Part shown: positions 8,345-17,405 of the stretch, piece by piece
Layout of the letters: the number at the start of each line of letters is the position of its first letter
Numbering within the stretch: the first letter of the stretch is position 1
From: Promethearchaeota archaeon
GTDB lineage: Archaea; Asgardarchaeota; Lokiarchaeia; Sigyniarchaeales; SOKP01
Assembly: GCA_016930515.1 (NCBI GenBank)
Contig: JAFGGO010000046.1
Coordinates: 1-28,135 of the forward strand
Length of the DNA: 28,135 bases
Direction of reading: 5' to 3'
Notes under the pieces: model-generated
Told to the model about the DNA's origin: nothing
Databases searched by the model: none
Seen by the model: the letters and a program-made list of their open reading frames with translations, nothing else
Translations under genes and position numbers: made by a program

Positions 8345-9244
8345 TTAATTGTCCTTAAGAACGACCTCGTGGTGTTTTGACAGCAAATCGTGCTGGGACA
8401 CGTGCCTTTTTGGGTAATACCGCATGACGCCCATTGCTGCCGTTCGATTGGCGCCAACGTTCGTGAGCTCGCCCAAGGCACAGAGCGTTTCCAACCACCG
8501 GCATTTGTCCAAGTAGTCCTCGTTGACAAATTCGTAATCGTATGTCCTATCCATTTCTTTGAGCAAATGAACATAATACTTCCTGTTGATTTTTGAAACG
8601 CTATAGGAGGCGTTTCCCAAGCCACCAACCACAGGTTTTGGCTTGCCTATATTCGAACTCGCCGTTCGCATTTTATAACTACTCACGAAAACATGAGCGT
8701 TCACCCAATTTTGAAGCTCGCTAACATCGATTTCGCTCTCGTTTAGAACGATTTGATTCCAGATTCGAGCGAGGTTTCCAAAGATCATCACGGGAATCGG
8801 AAAACGGACTGGAAAATCCCCCATGCTCGTGTTAAAATACACGGGTCGCAGGAAATTAAGGCGGAACCTCGAAACGGGTTTAGAATCTACCAGAAATCTC
8901 TTGGGATTTATTCGTTCGAATTGAATGGACGATACATGATAATCTTTTTGGCCAAATGTTAGCTTGGATTTTTCTCCCGAGATTAAATCGTTAATCAATG
9001 CGTCGCTTATGTCGTCTTGATAGGCCACGAGCACGAACGTTAACATTGGCATTTTTTTTGACACGATGTAGTTGATTGAATAGGGCCTCACTTTTTCGTG
9101 AAGGTGGAGCTCGTGAACGAGTTCGGGCTTGATTTCGTGAAGCCATTTCATGATGACCCCTCGGAACACGTATCCGTAAGGGTGATCGTACGGCTTAATT
9201 CTACCGTCTTGAGGACATAGTTCAAATTTTAGCTTTATCATCAT
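8345..9244 (-). CDS. cas6: CRISPR-associated endoribonuclease Cas6
   Basis: VHELH...VRPYSI, LNFLRPVYF, RFPIPVMIFGNLARIWN, VVGGLG, C-terminal G-loop NVGANRTAAMG. Last gene of the I-D effector operon. Confidence 0.92.
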   Translation of the reverse strand: MMIKLKFELCPQDGRIKPYDHPYGYVFRGVIMKWLHEIKPELVHELHLHEKVRPYSINYIVSKKMPMLTFVLVAYQDDISDALINDLISGEKSKLTFGQKDYHVSSIQFERINPKRFLVDSKPVSRFRLNFLRPVYFNTSMGDFPVRFPIPVMIFGNLARIWNQIVLNESEIDVSELQNWVNAHVFVSSYKMRTASSNIGKPKPVVGGLGNASYSVSKINRKYYVHLLKEMDRTYDYEFVNEDYLDKCRWLETLCALGELTNVGANRTAAMGVMRYYPKRHVSQHDLLSKHHEVVLKDN

Positions 9245-9264
9245 CCATCATTGTTTTCCTTTAT

Positions 9265-11484
9265 TTATTGTAGGTAGAAATCGGCAATATAAGACGAATT
9301 TCCCAGATATAATTTCCATTTAAAACCATTTTTTCCACGATAGATAAAATATTTAATTTTCCAATCCAATCTCTTGCTAAAATTGGATAATCGATAAGGC
9401 AAATAATAATTCCTATTCTTTAATAGATCTTCAATGAACTTTTTGCTTTTTGTAGAATTCGCAAGAATCTCACTTTCAACTAGTTTTAATGGAATGTGGG
9501 GTCCTAATTGTTTGAAATAAAAGGTTTCATTTTTCGAATCCTTCGTTGAAAAAGACCATTTTTCTGGTTTCTCTAAAATCTCGTGGACGATAATGACGAC
9601 CTCTGATTCTAAATAAGAAATCCAGCGTGCAGGTATCTCATTAAAGAGATCTTGATCTAAGTCTTGAATGGATTTCAGGGAAAACGAATAAGATTGTAGT
9701 TCGCTCATTTCAATTAGATCCCATGTTTTGTAATTCTCGTAATAAGCGAGAAATGTGATTAAAGTCCCCCTACACGATAGAAAACTGATGGCTTGTTTTA
9801 GCGGATTGGTACTAAAAAATTTAAAAGCGTCGTCAATATCGCGCGATCCTTTCATTAGTTTACCGTGGTATTTTATTTCCGGAAGGCTTCCTATTATGCC
9901 CTTTATTTTTTCTCTTAAAACTTTTCCGCTCACGACGAAGTCTCTTTTGTAATAGTCGTAATAGTCGTGAAAAATGAGCGAACCAAAAAAGGGCACGGAA
10001 AATTTTAAAAATTGCTCAGAGAACAGGAAATCGATCAATAAATCGTCGGCAGGGACGACGTTTTTCAACGCCGCGCCTAATTCCTGAAGGGATTGGCAGC
10101 CTTTCGTTCGTTCAATTTTTGACACGGTTTCAGTAGATACCATCGAATACGCAATGCAGGATTGAAACCTTCCTCCTCTGCCCAAGCGTTGAAAAAACGA
10201 ATTGTATTCGTTCCCTTCGAAGATTAAAAAGGGCACGTTAAAATCAATCCCTATTTCGATCGCTCGCGTTCCAATAAGTATTGCGTTTTTTGATTGATTT
10301 CCATTGGCCCTGATGTCAAAACGCTCCGATTTGGGTAAGAGGCCGTGAATCCGGTACACATTTTCACCCTTATTTTTTGAATCGAGAAATTTCTTTAGTC
10401 CTAAATACAATTTTTCAGAAAACATGACGGAATTTACGATAATCAATAACTTAACCGGGAAATGTGCTCGTCCTGCCTCGTACTCTCTTGAATTAATCAC
10501 GTTCCAGATTAACTCTAGCGTTTTTTTCAGGTCGTCCTCGTCAAATAAAATGTTATTGTGTTCCACGAAATTTAGTTGGGTTGGATGTCGTATTTGAAAC
10601 AGCTCCCTGTCTTTTTTTAAATCGGAGAAAATGTCCGTTTGAATGTTTTCTACCCATCGTGGATCTGGAAAGCTTTCCCTGAAAACTGAAGCCATTTCAG
10701 AAGGCGTGGCACTCAAGAAGCCCATCCAAAAACTAGAATCGATATTCCCGCCAAACATTTGCTTGTGAAAGATTCGAACGATTTGAATGAGATACCCCAA
10801 TAAAGCACCGCCATAAAGATGGAACTCGTCAACAATCAAGGAATTCAAATTAAAAGCTTCCGGAAATAACCTTCGCGACGAATAATACTTGTGGCAAAAT
10901 AACAAGAAAATGAAATCAATATTTGATAAAACGATAAAATTCACGTTTAGATTGATGACATTCGTTATCAACGAAAGCAAGATCCTGCCTTTCGAATACT
11001 TCCTCTTGCCATTATCGAGGTCTGCAAAATCAGATAATGTTCTCGAATTTATTGGAATTAGAAACAAGAGGTCGTCCTTGCCTGCCCGTACGGTTTTTAA
11101 AATCGCCTTGTTAACGTATTCGTCCACGCTTGCTTCGAGGTTGGTGTTGACAGGCATGGAATTTTTAACGCTTTCTGAATCGATGACGAGCGATTTCCAG
11201 CCAATTTTCCTTATCAGGTCTTGAAGCGAGGAAAGCTGGTCCAATATCAACGAATTAGTAGGGTAAACTATCAAGCTTCTAATGCTTTCGTAAGAAAACC
11301 TCGATTCGTCGTGCAATATTTTTGTTAACCCTGCGAGAGTTTTTCCCGAACCCGTGGGCGTTTGCAAGAAGATATACTTTTTTCGCGATTCTAAAAATTT
11401 CTTTTGAAATTCGTGGAGTCTAAGAGTTCCAATGGAAAAATCAGTTCTTTCAATATAGGATGGTTTTATCTCTATAGAATTCAC
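9265..11484 (-). CDS. cas3: type I-D Cas3' SF2 helicase (no HD domain)
   Basis: QTPTGSGKT, YPTNSLILDQ, IVDEFHLY, LSATP, IIVNSV, RIHG, TRAIEIGIDF, FQRLGRGGR. The helicase starts at the N-terminus, so there is no HD domain. GTG start with RBS AAGGTG. Confidence 0.93.
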   Translation of the reverse strand: MNSIEIKPSYIERTDFSIGTLRLHEFQKKFLESRKKYIFLQTPTGSGKTLAGLTKILHDESRFSYESIRSLIVYPTNSLILDQLSSLQDLIRKIGWKSLVIDSESVKNSMPVNTNLEASVDEYVNKAILKTVRAGKDDLLFLIPINSRTLSDFADLDNGKRKYSKGRILLSLITNVINLNVNFIVLSNIDFIFLLFCHKYYSSRRLFPEAFNLNSLIVDEFHLYGGALLGYLIQIVRIFHKQMFGGNIDSSFWMGFLSATPSEMASVFRESFPDPRWVENIQTDIFSDLKKDRELFQIRHPTQLNFVEHNNILFDEDDLKKTLELIWNVINSREYEAGRAHFPVKLLIIVNSVMFSEKLYLGLKKFLDSKNKGENVYRIHGLLPKSERFDIRANGNQSKNAILIGTRAIEIGIDFNVPFLIFEGNEYNSFFQRLGRGGRFQSCIAYSMVSTETVSKIERTKGCQSLQELGAALKNVVPADDLLIDFLFSEQFLKFSVPFFGSLIFHDYYDYYKRDFVVSGKVLREKIKGIIGSLPEIKYHGKLMKGSRDIDDAFKFFSTNPLKQAISFLSCRGTLITFLAYYENYKTWDLIEMSELQSYSFSLKSIQDLDQDLFNEIPARWISYLESEVVIIVHEILEKPEKWSFSTKDSKNETFYFKQLGPHIPLKLVESEILANSTKSKKFIEDLLKNRNYYLPYRLSNFSKRLDWKIKYFIYRGKNGFKWKLYLGNSSYIADFYLQ

Positions 11485-11501
11485 GAATTAAGCACCTTGG
11501 T

Positions 11502-12272
11502 TTAATTACCTCCATAATAGCCTGGTAGGGGTACGACATTAATTGGAATGTCAAAATCCTGGATGGACCCAACGAAATGAGGACCTTTTAAATCGCCTTC
11601 AGTTGCGATTTGTGTTGGCGTGCTATATTGCACGTTTAATTTTTCAATTTCGTAATTTTTCCCTATGCAAGAAAATTCAATGGCGTGATCTAACGAGAAT
11701 TTCGAACTGGAGCGCTTTAGAGCCGTAATTGGAAAATAAACCGCTCGACAAACGCAATGTTTTTTTCCCAAGCGAAAAATCGACGGTCCTTTACTGCCAA
11801 ATAAGACGCAATAATAGACCATTAACGGCACGAACTTTTCTTGGCTTCCAACGTTAGGAAAATTGTTTGAAGCCTTTTCCATTCCAAATAACAAGGATTC
11901 TCCAATGGCGTTGTATTGAAAATTAAGTGCGTGATCCACGAAATTTGCCATACTGTATTGTATCAAGTGGTCGCTTAGCAATGGATTTGATAAGATCTTT
12001 TGTTTATGCCGAAAATCTTTAAATTTTAGCGCGGGAGTCGCGACTCGGCGAATATTTCGAAAGTCTTGGTCATACATGGGTTTATCCGTCCCAATCGTTC
12101 TTTGGATTTCGTGTACTTCGGGATTTAAAGCGTAATTTAACGCATAATTAACGACGTAATCGGCAACGCTAGTCTTGGTGTTGTAATCAAAATGACTAAA
12201 AAATAAAAAATCGTGTGTGTAAAAAATCACGAAATAGATTTCTAACGGCTTTTCTTCGGTCTCAGAATTCAT
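11502..12272 (-). CDS. csc1: type I-D Cas5 (Csc1)
   Basis: HDFLFFS, NYALNYAL, ATPA, FRLGKK motifs; directly follows csc2. Confidence 0.9.
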   Translation of the reverse strand: MNSETEEKPLEIYFVIFYTHDFLFFSHFDYNTKTSVADYVVNYALNYALNPEVHEIQRTIGTDKPMYDQDFRNIRRVATPALKFKDFRHKQKILSNPLLSDHLIQYSMANFVDHALNFQYNAIGESLLFGMEKASNNFPNVGSQEKFVPLMVYYCVLFGSKGPSIFRLGKKHCVCRAVYFPITALKRSSSKFSLDHAIEFSCIGKNYEIEKLNVQYSTPTQIATEGDLKGPHFVGSIQDFDIPINVVPLPGYYGGN

Positions 12273-12309
12273 ATTAATCAGGGAAGTAGGTAATTATTTT
12301 CTCGATTTT

Positions 12310-13242
12310 TTATTCGGTCACCTTTTCAATCAATGCATCCGCTTGAGCTTGCAAGGAATCGATCAGGGTTTTATTCAATTCAACTTGTTGCATTTCTTCG
12401 ATTAGCTTGTTGACATCTTCTCCTGAAATAACGGTAATGGAATTCGGGGTCGATGCTTTTTGCTTGTACTTCTTGAAAACACCGTCTAAATGATCTAGAA
12501 TTTGATTAAAAGTCGCGTTTTCCTCTCCGTTTAGAACGGTATTTAACTCCAATTTTAGTTCTAGCGGCGTCATGATTTCCTCGAATCCCCCAATAATTCC
12601 TAGAATCTCGTTTCGGCAATCCCCTTTAATTCTTGTTTCCGCTCCATAGCTCGTACACGAAAGGATGGTCTTCAAGAATAAAATAAATTCTTCGTATGTA
12701 ACTGATTTTAAAGTAACAATCGATGGAAAAAGAGAGAGCGGCTTAAAGTTGTGCGATATTCCAAGTGCTTGGCCTGTTCTCTGGTCTTGCTCGTCCACGG
12801 CGTTAAAAGTCATGATCTCGTTGATATCGTCAAAATTTTGGATCGAATATGCCGAAGAATATTCTACCCTATGCCTGATGTTGTATTTTCCTTTGGTCTT
12901 CACAGCACCGAATAAGACACATCGAGGACACTTCATGCACAGGTTTCTTGGTAAGAAGCAATTGATATCGCTAAATGTTCTTAAAATTTCCATGTATTTT
13001 CTCGATTCAACCGCTTTTTGCTTGCTTGCTAAAAATAATCCATAAACTTCGCTTTCAGTCGTATTTAGATTAGAAGGTAACTCAACTGTATTTAATTCGC
13101 GAGAATCTTCGGTTCTTAAAATCGTATAATCCAATACCTGGCGAATGAGTACTACTTGAATTGTTCTTGCGGTTAGAAATGGAGACAACTGGTCTACAAA
13201 ATATTTTCCTAATTTCTTCTTAATTATTGATTGGTTGCTCAT
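12310..13242 (-). CDS. csc2: type I-D Cas7 (Csc2)
   Basis: ILRTE, SKQKAVESR, C..CPRCVLFG, RVEYSSAYS, FNAVDE, FPSIVTL, YGAETR. Confidence 0.95.
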   Translation of the reverse strand: MSNQSIIKKKLGKYFVDQLSPFLTARTIQVVLIRQVLDYTILRTEDSRELNTVELPSNLNTTESEVYGLFLASKQKAVESRKYMEILRTFSDINCFLPRNLCMKCPRCVLFGAVKTKGKYNIRHRVEYSSAYSIQNFDDINEIMTFNAVDEQDQRTGQALGISHNFKPLSLFPSIVTLKSVTYEEFILFLKTILSCTSYGAETRIKGDCRNEILGIIGGFEEIMTPLELKLELNTVLNGEENATFNQILDHLDGVFKKYKQKASTPNSITVISGEDVNKLIEEMQQVELNKTLIDSLQAQADALIEKVTE

Positions 13243-13246
13243 TTTT

Positions 13247-13861
13247 TCATTCCTCGTTTTTATTTTTTTTCTTATTGTACGATTTCCAAAATTCGTCTAC
13301 TAATTCCTTATTTGAAACCTCAAAAGGGCTTGGAACATCTTCCATCTTACTTATATCTGAAACGTCTAAAACGTTCTGAATCTCCTCGAAATCTTCCTTA
13401 AACTTTTTCTTCAAGAATTCGCGAAATTTATTGTTAATGAAGTCTCTCTTTCCTTTCACGTCGCTTTTAAACGCCAAGAAAAAGACTTCGTAATCAATAC
13501 CATCAACGATTTTTAACCAAGGCAGTCCCTCGGTCATGTTTCTCAAATCTTCGAGCAAGCCAATGCTCGTATTTAGAGCTTCAATGGTATCAATGCTCAC
13601 GTATTCTTGATTGTTCCTGATGACATTTGTTATGTACCCCTTTACCATCCCCCAATCAATCATTTTTGTGGTCCTGATAAGAGTCAATAACTTGCCAATG
13701 GCATTCATTAACGAGTATTTCGAGGGTCTCGGGCTTGAAGATTGGATCAAGAGACCCGAATGTACTTCTATTAACGAATCTATAATTTCTGCTCTTTTTT
13801 GTTGAACTTCTGGTTTTTTGAGAAGCTGAACTTCGCTTTTATTTTTCATTAAAATTGGCAT
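13247..13861 (-). CDS. probable separately encoded type I-D small subunit (Cas11d-like)
   Basis: All-helical 204 aa between cas10d and csc2 (5- and 4-bp gaps), with its own RBS AGGTGA. PSKYSLMNAI...GYI resembles the Cas10d C-terminal/Cas11d region, which the upstream cas10d appears to lack. Confidence 0.65.
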   Translation of the reverse strand: MPILMKNKSEVQLLKKPEVQQKRAEIIDSLIEVHSGLLIQSSSPRPSKYSLMNAIGKLLTLIRTTKMIDWGMVKGYITNVIRNNQEYVSIDTIEALNTSIGLLEDLRNMTEGLPWLKIVDGIDYEVFFLAFKSDVKGKRDFINNKFREFLKKKFKEDFEEIQNVLDVSDISKMEDVPSPFEVSNKELVDEFWKSYNKKKNKNEE

Positions 13862-13866
13862 CTTTT

Positions 13867-16485
13867 TTATTCACCTAACACGGTTAATACATCATTTATT
13901 CTTTTTCTTCTATTTTCATTTTGGAAAAAATAGTTTAATATATATCCTCTTGATTTGTTAAACATTTTTAAGACAAACCCTTGCTCTGAATCGGGATCCA
14001 TGGATTCTAAGGCAAGTAGTTTCGATATTTTTCGAAAGATTGTCATGCGATTCGAAATAGTAACGATTTCATTAGAACGGTTATTCACGCCCATCGTTGA
14101 AAACAATTCTTGACAAATTTTAGCGAATAATCCTGGTTTTGGAATGTCAACAAGCGTTTGAGATTCGGTGAGTTCGACATGATTGAGCGAATTTATCAAT
14201 TTTATCCTGCTAAAAAATAATTGGCTTAATAAAATCCCGAACCATAATTTTCTAAGATATTTTATTGAAGCAGAATCTTCCTTATTACCTATTTCGTATC
14301 GAAAGAAAATTAACACATAATCAGGAGTGCTGTAACTATAAGTGACGGTACTTTTCTGTGGAATGTGAGATAATAACTCGCGATCGTCTACGTGGTTATT
14401 AAGGATTGCGTCTACTAATTCCGTCGTATTGTCAACCTTTATTTTTATCGATTTTCCCCATAAATCCAAGAAATCTTCGAAATTGTCAAATTTTTCTTGA
14501 ATCCACGATTCTAAACCCTTCTTGATCTGTTTTTTTTTATCCTTACTGACGAGGCGGTTTTCGAGCAAGGTATTTTCTGAAACATACGAAAGATTTTCGA
14601 TTGCTATTTTCTCAATTGCTTTTGCGAGCGTTTTATGGTTTAATATGTTGATCGATTTCATTTTCTCGTTTATAAACACCTCTATTTTGTTCTTCCATTG
14701 GTGTTTTACTGCGGGCGTCATGTTAAGTTCTGGATATATTAAAATGTACGAATTTGGGACGTCTCCCATCATGATATTTCTCAACAACGATTCAAACCTA
14801 CAAGCAGAGCACACTTTTGCGGAATATTTATCCCCAAATCCAACGCCCCCGGGTAGCTTATTGGAAAACGATCGTGGTCCCTTTCCGATCAAACCTTCAA
14901 GTGCAGTTTCGTTGGTGGGAAAATTGCAAAATGAACATAAATATTTTTTTTCGCCTTTAGAATCCAACATGTCTTTCATGGTCTTACAAAATTCCTTTTT
15001 TTTCGAATTCATGGCAGAAAAATTTGGATAAATGATGTCCGTATCTAAAATGTCAAATATTTCCTCGTCTATCAAGGGCGGCGTCTCGTGTTTTTTAAAA
15101 AAGGCAATGGTATTTTCGATCAACCATTCTTGAAATAAATCGTTAAAATCACCTTGTTCAATTAATTGGAAATGATCTTGTTTAGGACGACTTTGAATGT
15201 AACTTTTCCATAATTCTACCATCATTTTTATTTTTGGTAAGCGTTTTGCCCCGTTTGAATAACCACTATCTATGAGTGACTCATCAATACCAAATAGCGC
15301 ACTAATTAATCCCGTGCTGTTAATGCTTGAATCCCATTGCTTGATCTCCTTCAACAACGATCCCCAAAAAACAAGAGGACTTCTCCATCTTTTATATTTC
15401 TTTATCAAAACATTTTGGTTAATGTCAAACAATTCAGTTTGTTCTATAAGATACGGACCTAGATTTTCTGATGATCCTTTTGCTTTTTCAATTTCTTTTT
15501 GAAAAGCTATAATTTCTTTTTTTAAATCTGATTCCTTGACCGCGTATCCTTCTTCTAATTTTCTTCTAATTAATCCTTCGTTCAATAAACACGGCTCTAA
15601 TACGGGAGTAGTTGTAACTGAGCCGTAAATTGCATTATAGATATTATCAAAATATTCTGGATTTGCAATAATTTTTTTACATTTTTTTAAAACAATATCT
15701 TGAAGATTTGCAAATTGAATTTTTTCTGGATTTTCACTATAATATATTACACCATTAGCAAAACTTAGCAATGGGAAATAATTCGCTTGTTTATGAAGCT
15801 CTATCAATGCTTCACTAAGTATAAGTGATAATATTCCTCTGAATTTCGAAATTTCATGGTATGTAAAATGGACATCTTTAATGAATTGTTGTATCATTTG
15901 ATTTCTATTGATTGTATGAAATACACTACTTATTTTTTTATTTGAAACTAAGGAATCAACAAAATTTACTAAATGCGCAACTCTTTGTGGTCCTTTTAAA
16001 CCTTGACAATCGTTTAATACTCTACCAAAATTTGGTACTTCGTGATAACATATACCATTTTTTACTAAAAATATTAATTCCTCCCATTCTGAACCATCCT
16101 CTTGAAATAAATTAGGAAATGATTTTTTAATTTTCGGTTTTAACATGTCTAATATTTCTTCTACTTGGTTTAAAATAGATTTGTTAACATGGTTATAGGA
16201 TTCCTTATGGGATGAATTATTATTCACAGCATTTTGAAATTCATCATCAGATTTCCCAATATCTGAAAAAAAACTACTTATAATTGACGCTATTTTTTCA
16301 ATCTCAGAGATTTTTGCATTAAATGCATCAAGTTTGAAAAATTCAAGGAATATACTTGCTTGATTAATACTATGTATTAATAAACTCTGATCTTTTGTGT
16401 GTTGATGATTCCATTTAGCGTACTTATTTTGCCAATCTAGTTTTATTCCAACATCAATTAGGATTTGAATCAGATTTTGATACAT
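13867..16485 (-). CDS. cas10d: type I-D large subunit Cas10d (Csc3) with N-terminal HD-type domain
   Basis: DQSLLIH, FSDIGK (HD position), YH, FVD; FTYHEISKFRGILS; Zn finger CSFC...SFSNKL...VCSAC; LIYPE. No GGDD motif. Confidence 0.92.
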   Translation of the reverse strand: MYQNLIQILIDVGIKLDWQNKYAKWNHQHTKDQSLLIHSINQASIFLEFFKLDAFNAKISEIEKIASIISSFFSDIGKSDDEFQNAVNNNSSHKESYNHVNKSILNQVEEILDMLKPKIKKSFPNLFQEDGSEWEELIFLVKNGICYHEVPNFGRVLNDCQGLKGPQRVAHLVNFVDSLVSNKKISSVFHTINRNQMIQQFIKDVHFTYHEISKFRGILSLILSEALIELHKQANYFPLLSFANGVIYYSENPEKIQFANLQDIVLKKCKKIIANPEYFDNIYNAIYGSVTTTPVLEPCLLNEGLIRRKLEEGYAVKESDLKKEIIAFQKEIEKAKGSSENLGPYLIEQTELFDINQNVLIKKYKRWRSPLVFWGSLLKEIKQWDSSINSTGLISALFGIDESLIDSGYSNGAKRLPKIKMMVELWKSYIQSRPKQDHFQLIEQGDFNDLFQEWLIENTIAFFKKHETPPLIDEEIFDILDTDIIYPNFSAMNSKKKEFCKTMKDMLDSKGEKKYLCSFCNFPTNETALEGLIGKGPRSFSNKLPGGVGFGDKYSAKVCSACRFESLLRNIMMGDVPNSYILIYPELNMTPAVKHQWKNKIEVFINEKMKSINILNHKTLAKAIEKIAIENLSYVSENTLLENRLVSKDKKKQIKKGLESWIQEKFDNFEDFLDLWGKSIKIKVDNTTELVDAILNNHVDDRELLSHIPQKSTVTYSYSTPDYVLIFFRYEIGNKEDSASIKYLRKLWFGILLSQLFFSRIKLINSLNHVELTESQTLVDIPKPGLFAKICQELFSTMGVNNRSNEIVTISNRMTIFRKISKLLALESMDPDSEQGFVLKMFNKSRGYILNYFFQNENRRKRINDVLTVLGE

Positions 16486-16510
16486 AATTGTAGATTATTA
16501 TTATGAAGTT

Positions 16511-16524
16511 ATATATAAATCTTC
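16511..16524 (-). promoter_or_regulatory. BRE/TATA promoter of the cas10d effector operon (probably leaderless mRNA)
   Basis: Minus strand GAAGATTTATATAT about 27-35 bp upstream of the cas10d ATG. Confidence 0.65.
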
Positions 16525-16542
16525 TTATCCTAAGCTTTATGG

Positions 16543-16564
16543 TGTGTGCGTTTTCCTACACACA
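16543..16564. promoter_or_regulatory. inverted repeat TGTGTG-N10-CACACA, candidate regulator (Csa3) binding site
   Basis: GC-richer palindrome in an otherwise very AT-rich gap, about 25 bp upstream of the cas10d TATA box. Confidence 0.45.
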
Positions 16565-16567
16565 TCC

Positions 16568-17275
16568 TCAATTTTCTTTATATTTACACACATAGTAAAA
16601 CGGAAATGGTTTTATGCTATAGTATATAGTTTTGTGACTGATTTTTTCTTCTTCAATAAATCCACAATCTATCATTTTATGCAATTTTCGATATACAGTA
16701 GATCTGTCTTTTGAGATATTGAATTCTTCTTTTAAATGATGCATTATTTTTTTAATTGAAATTCTTTCCTCTGGATTTTTAAAACATAATAATATTTTAA
16801 ATTCAAAATTGCTTAAATTTAAAGATACTTGTTCCAATGGAATTTTTAATATTTTATCACTATTTTCTAATTTAATAAAAGCTTCTGTTATGGGAAAAAA
16901 TAGACTGGCAGTATATGTTGCTAATACAATATTTTTCATCCCTCCAGAAATATTAAGAAAAACAGGCATATTTTCACCTATTTTATAAATTTCATTCATT
17001 TTTTCAATTAATACTAAAACGGATTTCCAATAGGGATCAATTGGGATAAATAAAAATTGATGGATGATTTCTATCTTAATTGATCGAAATTTTTGTAAAT
17101 AATGATTGATACTTCTTATTTGGGGATATTCAGATTCAATTGGATTAGGAAGAATGATATAAAGATAAATTTGATTGAAATCGACCTTTTTTGAGATTAA
17201 ATCGAAAATTACTTCTGATATAATCAATTCAGGAGAAAACCCTAAAGTCGCAATTAAAACTATTTTTTTTTTCAT
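16568..17275 (-). CDS. csa3: CRISPR-associated CARF + wHTH transcriptional regulator Csa3
   Basis: LIATLGFSPE, FLNISGGMKNIVLA, HTH KDRSTVYRKLHKMIDCGFIEE. Confidence 0.88.
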   Translation of the reverse strand: MKKKIVLIATLGFSPELIISEVIFDLISKKVDFNQIYLYIILPNPIESEYPQIRSINHYLQKFRSIKIEIIHQFLFIPIDPYWKSVLVLIEKMNEIYKIGENMPVFLNISGGMKNIVLATYTASLFFPITEAFIKLENSDKILKIPLEQVSLNLSNFEFKILLCFKNPEERISIKKIMHHLKEEFNISKDRSTVYRKLHKMIDCGFIEEEKISHKTIYYSIKPFPFYYVCKYKEN

Positions 17276-17405
17276 AAAATATTATAATTTCTCCTTTAAT
17301 TTATCTAATATTTAATCTGAATAAATAAATTAACCTAAAATAAATAAGAAAGTGTAAAAAATTCCGTTTTATCAAAAATTTTATTTTTTGTTTTTAAATT
17401 TTCTA

